Part shown: one piece after another, positions 19,532-28,837 of the stretch
How positions within the stretch are numbered: position 1 is the first letter of the stretch
Layout: each line of letters starts with the position of its first letter
Virus record (IMG/VR): IMGVR_UViG_3300041586_000098
Coordinates: 9,392-73,391 of that record
Strand: one strand, 5' to 3'
Source: a virus
DNA length: 64,000 bases
Notes under the pieces: generated by a model
The model's input: only the letters and a program-made list of their open reading frames with translations
What the model was told of the DNA's origin: nothing
Database searches by the model: none
Translations under genes and position numbers: made by a program

Positions 19532-21448
19532 ATGACTAACAACTTACTGATCCTAGAAAGATCATCTACAGAATTAGCGTTTAAACAGGAAGGTGGAACC
19601 TACGTTCTAGAAGGTATCTTTGGAGAAATCGATAAGAAAAATCGTAATAACCGAATTTATACTGAATCTGAATATTTACCACAAATTCAGGCATTACAAG
19701 ATAAAATTAAATCATCTAAACTACTAGGTGAATTAGATCACCCTCAGACATTTGACGTATCTTTAAAGAATGTATCACATATTATTGAAGAATTAATATA
19801 TGATTCAACTACAAAACAAGTCAAGGGTAGAATCAGATTATTAGATACCGACGCAGGTCGACAAGCAAAGGCATTAGTGGATGCTGGAGTACCTCTACAA
19901 ATATCAAGCAGAGCTGCCGGAGCTGTTGAATCAAATGGACAAGTAAAAATCAAACAATTATTTACATACGATTTAGTAGCTGATCCAGGATTTGAAAACG
20001 CTGAACTAAAAAGAGTTAATGAATCTTATGGATTTGTTAATGAAGGAAACGACCTATTTATTTACGAGATAAATAATAAAGATAATAACAAACAAACAAT
20101 CGAAAACATAAACGAAACAAAAATGGCAGAGTCTAAATTTATTACGGTTGAGGATTTCAACAACTACTCTAAATATCTTTCTGATGAAATGAAAACTATC
20201 AAAGAAAGTATGAATTTATTAACATCAACTGATGAAAACACTTCTCAATTAGAAAAGATTAAAGAATATACTAATTATTTAGCTGAAAAACTAGAGAATT
20301 CAATAGCATACTCTGAGTATTCGGCTAAAAAAACAGATGAAAGTATTCAATATACTGAGCATCTTGCAGAAAAACTAGATAAGGGTATTCAATATTCTGA
20401 ACATATTGCAGAAAGTGTTGATTCTATTAGAAATTACACTAATTATTTAGCAGAATCATACAATGAAGGAACTACTTCACATGATAACTTAATTAAGTAT
20501 ACTGAGTATTTAAGAGAAAATCTAGAAAAAGTAACAGAATACGCTGAATATGTTGCAGAAACAGTAAACACTAACTTATTATTAGAAGACGGAGCTGGAA
20601 TTCCAGCAGAAGACTTAAAAGACGAAACTAAAGACGTTACTGTAAAAACAGTTGATGCTGATGGCAATGTAATTGACAGTAAAGTTAAAGATGTTGAAGC
20701 TGATTTAGATCTTAAAGGAACTGGAGACGCTGCCGGGATTGAAATAGTAGAAGGTGCAGCTGGAATACCAGCAGAGGACTTAAAGGACGAAACTAAAGAT
20801 GTAACAGTAAAAACAGTTGATGCTGATGGCAATGTAATTGACAGTACAGTTGAAGATGTTGAAGATGATTTAGATCTTAAAGGAACTGGAGACGCTTCCG
20901 GAAAAACAGTAGACGCAATGGAAGCTTACAAAAATTCAATTACTTCTAAATTAGAAGCTTTAGTTGAAAAGGTTAACGCTAAAAAAACAGATAATCCTTC
21001 TTTCTTTAAATTTATTAATGAAGAAAAAATAAATGAATTTAATGCTTTATCAAATGAAGATAAAACTAAAGTTACATCTGCAGTTGAAGGTAAGGGTTAT
21101 CTAACAGAAGGTCAAATTTTATCATTATGGTCAAATTCATTAATGGGAGCTGTAATTACAGAAAATACACCAAATGTAATTGCAATGATGCCAACTGAAT
21201 ATCATGATACATGGACTAGATTATCTGAAAGTAAGAAAAGTCAAATCATGGCTCAATCAAGAATGGCTAAATTAGAAACATCATATCAGGTTGCAAACTT
21301 CTGGCAAACAAGAGATCTTAGAGAAACTTCACCAATCATGGAAAAAATAACAATGATTAATGAATCTACAAAGATCGAAGAAGTAAAGACAATAGGTTAC
21401 GATTTGTCAGATATTACTGCTCAAATAGCAAAAAAATTCAAAAAATAA
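19532..21448 (+). CDS. gp21: Prohead protease fused to scaffold (gp21-gp22-like)
   Basis: NRNNRIY, LGELDHP, ISSRAAG, YDLVADP; 14-aa periodic helical repeats downstream. Confidence 0.88.
   Translation: MTNNLLILERSSTELAFKQEGGTYVLEGIFGEIDKKNRNNRIYTESEYLPQIQALQDKIKSSKLLGELDHPQTFDVSLKNVSHIIEELIYDSTTKQVKGRIRLLDTDAGRQAKALVDAGVPLQISSRAAGAVESNGQVKIKQLFTYDLVADPGFENAELKRVNESYGFVNEGNDLFIYEINNKDNNKQTIENINETKMAESKFITVEDFNNYSKYLSDEMKTIKESMNLLTSTDENTSQLEKIKEYTNYLAEKLENSIAYSEYSAKKTDESIQYTEHLAEKLDKGIQYSEHIAESVDSIRNYTNYLAESYNEGTTSHDNLIKYTEYLRENLEKVTEYAEYVAETVNTNLLLEDGAGIPAEDLKDETKDVTVKTVDADGNVIDSKVKDVEADLDLKGTGDAAGIEIVEGAAGIPAEDLKDETKDVTVKTVDADGNVIDSTVEDVEDDLDLKGTGDASGKTVDAMEAYKNSITSKLEALVEKVNAKKTDNPSFFKFINEEKINEFNALSNEDKTKVTSAVEGKGYLTEGQILSLWSNSLMGAVITENTPNVIAMMPTEYHDTWTRLSESKKSQIMAQSRMAKLETSYQVANFWQTRDLRETSPIMEKITMINESTKIEEVKTIGYDLSDITAQIAKKFKK
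20590..20902 (+). repeat. 165-bp in-frame tandem duplication inside the protease-scaffold gene
   Basis: AGIPAEDLKDETKDVTVKTVDADGNVIDS..DVE.DLDLKGTGDA.G occurs twice. Confidence 0.9.
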
Positions 21449-21594
21449 AAATATATCACAATATTATCAAATAATTAAAGATATATAATAAAACAAAACA
21501 TATTCGATGCACAGTTAAGAAGCAAAAAACTGAAATTATATCGAAAACTCGTAAACACGAAACTTAAACCATTAAAAAATAAATTAAAACAAAA

Positions 21595-23052
21595 ATGGCA
21601 AATTTAATTAATGAATCAGAAATCAGAGCAACATGGTCTCCGATTATTGAATCAGCAACAGGAATCAATGACGCTAGCAAATTAGCTTGGATGTCAGAGT
21701 ACTGTCATAATCACAAATTATATGAGGATGCTTCTACTATGTCTTTAGGGACAGCAGGAAATATCTTCGGTATGGGTGCAACTGTTTTACCTTCTGGAAT
21801 CACTAACGGTGTTTCTACTGTAAACGGTTCTGGAGACAAGTCTCCTTCCCTATTACCTTTAGCAATGCAAGTTGCTGCACAAACTATCGGTCTTGATTTA
21901 GTACCTGTAGTTCCTATGGCTGGACCAATGGGGTTACTATCTTACTTAGACTTCGTATATGAAGGTGGTAAGGTTCTAGGATCAACTACTCCAACTTACA
22001 TTAAAGGTTCTGAGGCACTTTTAGGTACTGACGATATTGATGCTGTATCTGGAACTAACGGTGATTATGTATTTATCGGATCATCTAGAATTGATGGTAA
22101 ATCAATTTTTAAAGTTGGAACTATTGATGCAACAAACACAAATATAGCAGGTGACTTAGAAGACTATGCAACAGGTGCTGGTGTAACTGTTGAATTAGTA
22201 AAGGCTTTAGAAGATCACGTTAAAGGATTCGTTGCAGCTGATGAGAATGGAAATCCTTTCTCTAGAGAAGCTGGAGAACAAACTCCTGACAAAATCATGG
22301 GTCTTTCATTACACTCTAAGACTGTTTCAGCTGAAACGTTTCAAGTTGCTGCTGCAGTTACAAGAGAGCAAGTTCAAGATCTTAAGCAATTCGGAGTTGA
22401 CGCCGTTGCTCAAGTAGAAGCTGTTTTAACTAACGAATTAACACAAGGTATTAACCAATACATCTTAGGTAGAATTAGAAAATTAGGTACTGATAACGTA
22501 ACCGCTGCATTTACAGTAAATGGTTTCGATTTAACATTGCCTGCTGCTAGTGCTTTAGGTGGTGGTGGTGAAACTTTACCATCAATCCACAGAAGAATCT
22601 TATCACAAATTCTTGCAGCTGCTAACTTAATTGCTAACAGAGGTAGAAGAGGTGCTGGTAACTTCGCAGTATGTGGACCACAAACTGCAACTGTTTTACA
22701 ATCAATCTCTGGATTTGTTGCAAACCCTATGGCTAATACTTTCGCACAAGCTGCTGGAGCAATTTACCCTTTAGGATCTGTTGCTGGAATCAATGTGTAT
22801 ACTGACCCAACTATGGAATGGGGAGATTATTCTATCGCAGTTGGTAGAAAAGGTGATGGTAACGGACCAGGTATTGTTTTTATGCCATACTTAATGGCTG
22901 AATCAGTGCAAACTATAGCTGAAGGAACTATGGCTCCTAAAGTTGCTATCAAATCTAGATTCGCTCTAGTTGATGCAGGTTTTCACCCAGAAACACAATA
23001 TGTTAAATTTAACGTTAAAGGTTCATTCACTAACCTATTAACACTTTCATAA
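21595..23052 (+). CDS. gp23: Major capsid protein
   Basis: VVPMAGPMG, EQVQDLK, RRGAGNF, FMPY, P.VAIKSRFAL. Confidence 0.93.
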   Translation: MANLINESEIRATWSPIIESATGINDASKLAWMSEYCHNHKLYEDASTMSLGTAGNIFGMGATVLPSGITNGVSTVNGSGDKSPSLLPLAMQVAAQTIGLDLVPVVPMAGPMGLLSYLDFVYEGGKVLGSTTPTYIKGSEALLGTDDIDAVSGTNGDYVFIGSSRIDGKSIFKVGTIDATNTNIAGDLEDYATGAGVTVELVKALEDHVKGFVAADENGNPFSREAGEQTPDKIMGLSLHSKTVSAETFQVAAAVTREQVQDLKQFGVDAVAQVEAVLTNELTQGINQYILGRIRKLGTDNVTAAFTVNGFDLTLPAASALGGGGETLPSIHRRILSQILAAANLIANRGRRGAGNFAVCGPQTATVLQSISGFVANPMANTFAQAAGAIYPLGSVAGINVYTDPTMEWGDYSIAVGRKGDGNGPGIVFMPYLMAESVQTIAEGTMAPKVAIKSRFALVDAGFHPETQYVKFNVKGSFTNLLTLS

Positions 23053-23077
23053 TACTTAAAATTAACATTTTAATATT

Positions 23078-23107
23078 AAAAGGAACTGAGAAATCAGTTC
23101 CTTTTTT
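23078..23107 (+). terminator. Intrinsic terminator
   Basis: AAAAGGAACTGA-GAAA-TCAGTTCCTTTTTT. Confidence 0.9.
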
Positions 23108-23143
23108 CGTTGATATATATGTTATATAAAAAATATCTACTTT

Positions 23144-24322
23144 ATGAAAAATCATCAAACATTTGATAATTGGTATAACAAAACAATTAATGAAAATGAG
23201 GTTGTAATTGAAAATCCAATAAAACCAACTCAAACAACAAAAATAGATACAGACATGTCCATGGATGTAGACGCTATTATAAATTCACTAGAGACACTAG
23301 CAAATGAATTAACTGAAGAAATAGAGTCAATTGATTTTAATTCTATTTTTGAAGAAACTAATAGTGTTGTAGATTTTGTGTTTAGGGCACCTAAGGCCAG
23401 AGCAGCACAAAAGAAAGTTAATACTCTTTTATTAAAGGTTGCTAATTTAGATGCTGCAGCATCTGCTGCTACCGATTCCGAAATGAAGAAAAAAATAGCA
23501 ACTAAAGTTACTACACTTAAAGCACAGGCAGACGACGTCCAAACCGCAGTTACCGATAAATTTAAGTCATATTCTGATATTGTACAAAAGGCACTAAACT
23601 CAGAAAAAATAAAAGGAAAACTTGCTGTTATAAAAACTGCGATGGGGGATAGCAGTAATGATAAAGGAGACCTTAAGTCACAGGCTTCTAAATTAGTAGT
23701 TAGATTAAAAAAAGAAGAGGCAGCCCTTTCGGATGCTGCGCCTTCAGATGAAGACAAGCAAAAATTAAAAGATGATGCGGAAGCTAAAGCCGCCGAAAAA
23801 GCAGCAGATGCTGAAAGGGCCAAAGATGATGCGGAAGCCGCTGCTGCCGAAAAGGATAAAAAAGATGCAGAAGCCGAAGCAGAACCTAACGCAGATGCAG
23901 AAGCAGAACCTAAAGCAGAAGCCGAAGCAGAACCTAAAGCAGATGCAGAAGCAGAACCTAAAGCAGATGCAGAAGCAGAACCTAAAGCAGACGCAGAAGC
24001 AGAACCTAAAGCAGATGCAGAACCTAAAGCTGCCGATAAGTCAGTAGATGGTAAGGATAAAATCAAAGGAAATAAGGAAGAAATGTTATCTAAGTTACAA
24101 TCACAACTTAAAAATGCACAGGATTCTGGAAACGAAGAAAAGATTAAAAAAGTACAAAGTCTTATAGATAGAGTTTCTGCAAAGGAATCTTGGCAAATTG
24201 ATGGTACATATCTAGGAATAATGTTTGAATCAGAATTAAGAAAAATAGAAAATGATACTATATTAGAAAAATTATCCTATTTAAATTACAGTTTAAAGGA
24301 TAGATTTGCTAACTTATTATAA
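23144..24322 (+). CDS. Hypothetical Ala/Lys/Glu-rich protein, possible internal head protein
   Basis: MKNHQTFDNW..TINE start; AEAEPKAD repeats; late motif at 23112. Confidence 0.7.
   Translation: MKNHQTFDNWYNKTINENEVVIENPIKPTQTTKIDTDMSMDVDAIINSLETLANELTEEIESIDFNSIFEETNSVVDFVFRAPKARAAQKKVNTLLLKVANLDAAASAATDSEMKKKIATKVTTLKAQADDVQTAVTDKFKSYSDIVQKALNSEKIKGKLAVIKTAMGDSSNDKGDLKSQASKLVVRLKKEEAALSDAAPSDEDKQKLKDDAEAKAAEKAADAERAKDDAEAAAAEKDKKDAEAEAEPNADAEAEPKAEAEAEPKADAEAEPKADAEAEPKADAEAEPKADAEPKAADKSVDGKDKIKGNKEEMLSKLQSQLKNAQDSGNEEKIKKVQSLIDRVSAKESWQIDGTYLGIMFESELRKIENDTILEKLSYLNYSLKDRFANLL
23865..24030 (+). repeat. 24-bp coding tandem repeat (about 6-7 copies, AEAEPKAD)
   Basis: gcagaagcagaacctaaagcagat units. 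Confidence 0.9.
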
Positions 24323-24817
24323 TTTAGCATTCTTCTTAGCTAATATTAAAAACTCCTGTTGTTGATTCAATAGGAGTTTTTTTACGTGTTGTTGAAAGGC
24401 AACCGATGACTTGATTATTCGTTCATCTACATTACCTTCCATGAGTATATCATGATGATCAGGGTGTACGAAGTTCTCTTGCGCAAAGTTATTTATATTA
24501 GATCTAATAGGTTGATTAGAGATTGCACACGTCCAATCTATGGTATCATAGCTTTCGTTTAATTCTTCTAATTTCATAAACTCACTAGTAGAATAATCAT
24601 AATAATACTTTTCACGATGTGATTGATTTGTATGTTTACATACTTCAAATATAATATGTAAGAACTGATCTTCTTTAGCTCTTTCTTTCATTAAGGGATT
24701 TTCTAAAAGTAATCTACGTTGTTGTCTAGACAAACCAACATAACATACTCCATATCTGTTTCTTGGGTTCGGACCGCCGGTTCGTTTAATTGTAGGGTAT
24801 TTGTTGTTATATGCCAT
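24317..24817 (-). CDS. Hypothetical protein (only convincing minus-strand gene)
   Basis: 166-aa ORF filling the gap; GATAAATA late-like motif upstream on the minus strand (~24822-24829). Confidence 0.7.
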   Translation of the reverse strand: MAYNNKYPTIKRTGGPNPRNRYGVCYVGLSRQQRRLLLENPLMKERAKEDQFLHIIFEVCKHTNQSHREKYYYDYSTSEFMKLEELNESYDTIDWTCAISNQPIRSNINNFAQENFVHPDHHDILMEGNVDERIIKSSVAFQQHVKKLLLNQQQEFLILAKKNAKL

Positions 24818-24884
24818 GTATTATTTATCTGAAACATATTCTTATAAATTCATATAATACACATAACCAAGTACACTAACACAT

Positions 24885-25835
24885 ATGATTCACTCACTAT
24901 TCACAGAAAAGTATCGACCTAAAAATCTACAAGATTTAATTTTACCAGAAAGAGTAATGTCTAAAATTAAAGACGGATTATCACAAAACATGCTTTTAGC
25001 CGGAAGTCCAGGTACAGGAAAGACATCAACAGCAAAGGCAATAGTAAATCAATTCAATCTTCCATATTTATACATTAATGCATCAACAGATACATCAGTC
25101 GATGTTATTAGAACTAGAATTACTGATTTTTGCTCAACAATGTCAGTACTTGACGATCAAGGAAAATTCAAAGTAGTTATATTAGATGAGGTAGATGGAG
25201 TTTCAGATCAGTTTTTTAAGGCTTTACGTGCAACTATGGAAACATTTGCAAGCAACTCTCGGTTTATCGCAACATGTAATTATGTTAATAAAATACCAGA
25301 CCCTATTCTAAGCAGATTTGAAGTTGTTAATTTTGATTTTGATAAATCAGAAGAAATCGAACTAACAAAGAAATATATTAAAAGAGTATACGAGATTTGT
25401 GGAAAAGAAGAAATGACTATTGAAAAACCAGCATTATTGGAATTTGTCAAAAGAAACTTTCCAGATCTAAGAAGCACTTTAAATAAATTACAAGGTTATA
25501 AAACACAAGGAACAACAAATATTACAACAGCAGATGTAAAGAAATTTAATTCAGTATATAAGGATGTGTTTGTATTGATTTTTAATGAAATGAATCCTAT
25601 TGTAAATTACAAACAAATAGTAGGAGAATATTCAAACAGAGTTGATGATGTGTTGCAAACATTAGGCGAAGAGTTTATAGAATACATTCAAACCGAAAGG
25701 CCACAGAATGCTAAACATATTCCTCAGATTGCAATTACAGTTGCTCATCACCAGGCACAACGATCTTTAGTAATAGATCCTGTAATTAGTTTACTATCAT
25801 GCATCTATACTATACAAGGAATAGTTAGAGAATAA
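24885..25835 (+). CDS. gp44: Clamp loader ATPase subunit
   Basis: EKYRP, GSPGTGKT, LDEVD, ILSRF, FPDLR. Confidence 0.93.
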   Translation: MIHSLFTEKYRPKNLQDLILPERVMSKIKDGLSQNMLLAGSPGTGKTSTAKAIVNQFNLPYLYINASTDTSVDVIRTRITDFCSTMSVLDDQGKFKVVILDEVDGVSDQFFKALRATMETFASNSRFIATCNYVNKIPDPILSRFEVVNFDFDKSEEIELTKKYIKRVYEICGKEEMTIEKPALLEFVKRNFPDLRSTLNKLQGYKTQGTTNITTADVKKFNSVYKDVFVLIFNEMNPIVNYKQIVGEYSNRVDDVLQTLGEEFIEYIQTERPQNAKHIPQIAITVAHHQAQRSLVIDPVISLLSCIYTIQGIVRE

Positions 25836-25911
25836 ATTAAAAATAAAGCTATAAATATTTTTTTATATCACCGAGATTGATTATATTTATATATAAATTA
25901 AAAGATACATT

Positions 25912-27147
25912 ATGAAATTAGGAAAACATACATTAATCATTGACGGTAATTACTTTGTACATAGTAGATTATTCGTATTACCAAGAGTAAAAGGCAAGCA
26001 GTTGTTAGGTGATATTGAAGGTCAAGAACAATTAATGCGTAAATTATGTATTGATCTTGCATCAGAGGTCCGCAAGATGACACCATTTGTAGATCAAGTA
26101 GTAGTTGCAGTAGATTCAAAATCATGGAGAAAGGATTTATTTCCAGCAGCGGCATACAAAGGAACAAGAGTGCTTGATGATTCTGTTAATTGGAGTAATG
26201 TATTTGACGTATATGAACAATGGCAAGGTATTCTTGCAACTAAAGGTGTAATTGTACATAAGGTTCCAGGTGCAGAGGCAGATGATATTTTATTCGGATG
26301 GGCTAATGCATTAAATAACGAAGGTAAGAATTGTATCGTATGGACAGGTGATAGAGATCTAATTCAATTAGTTAATTATAATAAAGCAACAGATGCATAT
26401 ACATTATGGTATTATAATTCACAAAGAAAGTTATTAGCATTCGAAGGATTTGAAAGCTTATTAGAATCTAATGCCGCTACTGATTTAAGTAATGATGATA
26501 TGTTATTCAATATGTCTTCTGCTGCTGTAATGAATAATAGTATTAAAGAAGAATTTCAAAAATGGATTGTTAAAAACACAGTACAAATTCAAGAAATTAA
26601 TTGTGATGCCTTTATTTTCTCTAAAATATTACAAGGAGATAAGAGTGATAATATTAAGTCAGTAGTCACATGGACTAAGCAAACAAAGGAAGGTTCTATT
26701 AGAAATTACTCTATAACTGAAAAGCATGCAACAAAAATATTATCAAAGTATAGAGAAGTTGAAGGTGATTTTTTAATAGATCATTTCTTTTCAGCAAATC
26801 AAGTAAATGTCATGATTAATCTAATATTAGAGGTAGTAGAAAGATCAAATATCAATGAAATCAAAGTTAATTTTAATCAAAATTTAGATTTAATGTTACT
26901 GCATTACAATACAATCCCTATGGGAATACAAAAGGCAATGTATATTGAAATTGATAAAGATTTTAATGTTGAAACACAGATGCTTGAATTAACTCAAATG
27001 GAAAAAATATTAGATGGAACAACATGGAACTCTAAGAAATCTGTAGGAAATGGAGCTCCAAAATCATTCGATCCTTTTGCAAAATTAAACATACAAGAAA
27101 ATATTAATAAATCTGAACAAAATAACAAAATCAACACTCTATTCTAA
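25912..27147 (+). CDS. rnh: 5'-3' exonuclease / RNase H (FEN family)
   Basis: IIDGN, SWRK...YKG.R, EADD, TGDRDLIQL, GDKSDNI. Confidence 0.9.
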   Translation: MKLGKHTLIIDGNYFVHSRLFVLPRVKGKQLLGDIEGQEQLMRKLCIDLASEVRKMTPFVDQVVVAVDSKSWRKDLFPAAAYKGTRVLDDSVNWSNVFDVYEQWQGILATKGVIVHKVPGAEADDILFGWANALNNEGKNCIVWTGDRDLIQLVNYNKATDAYTLWYYNSQRKLLAFEGFESLLESNAATDLSNDDMLFNMSSAAVMNNSIKEEFQKWIVKNTVQIQEINCDAFIFSKILQGDKSDNIKSVVTWTKQTKEGSIRNYSITEKHATKILSKYREVEGDFLIDHFFSANQVNVMINLILEVVERSNINEIKVNFNQNLDLMLLHYNTIPMGIQKAMYIEIDKDFNVETQMLELTQMEKILDGTTWNSKKSVGNGAPKSFDPFAKLNIQENINKSEQNNKINTLF

Positions 27148-27148
27148 T

Positions 27149-27319
27149 ATGTCAAATGAGGAAATTTTAGATGAATTATTACATGAGGTTCATGCAGAAT
27201 TCATATTTAAAGAAGTTATCTTAGAAGTAAACAAACTAATGATTGATGATATAAATAGTAGCAGACTTGAAATATTTGAAAAAGCAGTAAGAAATGTTAG
27301 ACGAAACAAAGTTATTTGA
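27149..27319 (+). CDS. Small hypothetical protein (56 aa)
   Basis: ORF MSNEEILDELL...RRNKVI fills the gap. Confidence 0.55.
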   Translation: MSNEEILDELLHEVHAEFIFKEVILEVNKLMIDDINSSRLEIFEKAVRNVRRNKVI

Positions 27320-27722
27320 TTTTATAAAAATCATGTTCACAAAACCAAATGAATATAAAAAGATAAGTAATCATAATAAGAAGAGACATCACTTCATGAT
27401 AAACAGATTCTTTTCAATTCAATATCCAGCAAACGCTCAAATGTTTAATAAAAATGGAATTAACCCACTTGCAGTATTAGATAGTTGGGCTTTAGTTGCA
27501 GCGAGATTTAAGAATGTTCCTGGTTGGATTTATACAAAGACAAAAAAGGTAGAAAAAGTATCTGTGACAAAAAGCAAATATATACCTTCTGATGCTTCAA
27601 TTACCTTCTTTATGCAAAGAAATGAAATTGGAAAAAGAGAATTTAAAGAACTTGAAACCTTTGCAAAAGAAGAACTATATTCTAACTTAAAAAGAATAGA
27701 AGATTCAATGCAGGTTTACTAA
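27294..27722 (+). CDS. Hypothetical protein
   Basis: 142-aa ORF in the operon. Confidence 0.7.
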   Translation: MLDETKLFDFIKIMFTKPNEYKKISNHNKKRHHFMINRFFSIQYPANAQMFNKNGINPLAVLDSWALVAARFKNVPGWIYTKTKKVEKVSVTKSKYIPSDASITFFMQRNEIGKREFKELETFAKEELYSNLKRIEDSMQVY

Positions 27723-27735
27723 TTAAACACTATAA

Positions 27736-28383
27736 ATGGAATTATTCGACGTAAGTAAATTACCAACAGCAATCGATGTTACTCTATATAAATATAACTA
27801 CATCGATAACAGAATCTGGACACATATTCAAAATGAAACTGATTACGTTTTTTCTCCTATTGAAAATTCTGTAATAATTACAGTAAATCAACTTAAATTT
27901 ATATTAAACAAACACTATACTGAATTACTTAATAAGATTAAAACAGTAGGTTCTGACGTTTTTCATAAAGAAGTTAACTCTGTCTATTTTTTGCATCAAA
28001 TTACCACAGAAATGAAAAATCTGCAATACATTAAATTTAATTTAAATAATGACAAGAGTTATAACAGAATAATTGATGTTGAAGGCAGTAAAGTTTTACA
28101 ATTTAGTTTTAAAATTCTTACAGCTACTCTTAAATTATTTGAATTATATAATACAAAGGAGCTTAATGATGTAAACAAAATTCTTTTTGAAATTGGAATC
28201 TTTACAAAAGGCAAGCCTTATGCTAGAATTAATGCTAAAGAACTATCTGATAAAATCGACGAGTATTTAGGCGAAGATGATGAAGAAGATATTGAATCAG
28301 GTATACTTTTAGATATTTTAGATATTTTAGAACCTAAGATAGAGAGAGAAGATGCACTAATATTATTAATTACAGACTACTAA
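27736..28383 (+). CDS. Hypothetical protein
   Basis: 215-aa ORF. Confidence 0.7.
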   Translation: MELFDVSKLPTAIDVTLYKYNYIDNRIWTHIQNETDYVFSPIENSVIITVNQLKFILNKHYTELLNKIKTVGSDVFHKEVNSVYFLHQITTEMKNLQYIKFNLNNDKSYNRIIDVEGSKVLQFSFKILTATLKLFELYNTKELNDVNKILFEIGIFTKGKPYARINAKELSDKIDEYLGEDDEEDIESGILLDILDILEPKIEREDALILLITDY

Positions 28384-28428
28384 CAAATTTTTTAGAATAT
28401 ATAGTATAAGAAAAAAATACTAGTATTA

Positions 28429-28836
28429 ATGAAATTTTTTAGCAATTTTGGAAAAAGAGAAGCACTTGTGTATATCATAGTTTCTTTATGGATAATTATG
28501 GGACTATTAGGTGCTTATAAAAATGCAAGCTTTGCCGATCTTGCAGTATATTTTGGATCTTTAACAGCATATGCTGCAACATATATATGGGCTGAAGCCA
28601 AAAGACCAAGTGAAAAAACCACAATTTTTGCAAAAGGACCCGGTTCTAGAAGAGAATTAATGATTTATGTTGTTGTATTCTTATGGGCAATTGCAGGTAG
28701 TGGTGCTATATGGTTCTCAGCTGATATTAGTGAGCTTTCTCTTTATTTTGTTTCTCTTACTGGGTTTGTTGCATCATGGATTGCTGGAGAAGTTTATACT
28801 CCACAGGATAATGTAAATAAAAATATAAAAGAGTAA
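28429..28836 (+). CDS. Four-TM membrane protein with internal duplication (holin candidate)
   Basis: Two homologous hydrophobic halves (RE...Y..V.LW...G / L..YF.SLT). Confidence 0.6.
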   Translation: MKFFSNFGKREALVYIIVSLWIIMGLLGAYKNASFADLAVYFGSLTAYAATYIWAEAKRPSEKTTIFAKGPGSRRELMIYVVVFLWAIAGSGAIWFSADISELSLYFVSLTGFVASWIAGEVYTPQDNVNKNIKE

Positions 28837-28837
28837 G

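Noticed and set aside
23230-24066. 278-aa minus-strand ORF (ASALGS repeats) and similar antisense ORFs at 13171-13818 and 20443-20832
   Set aside because: Shadows of repetitive or biased plus-strand genes, with no independent motifs or expression signals
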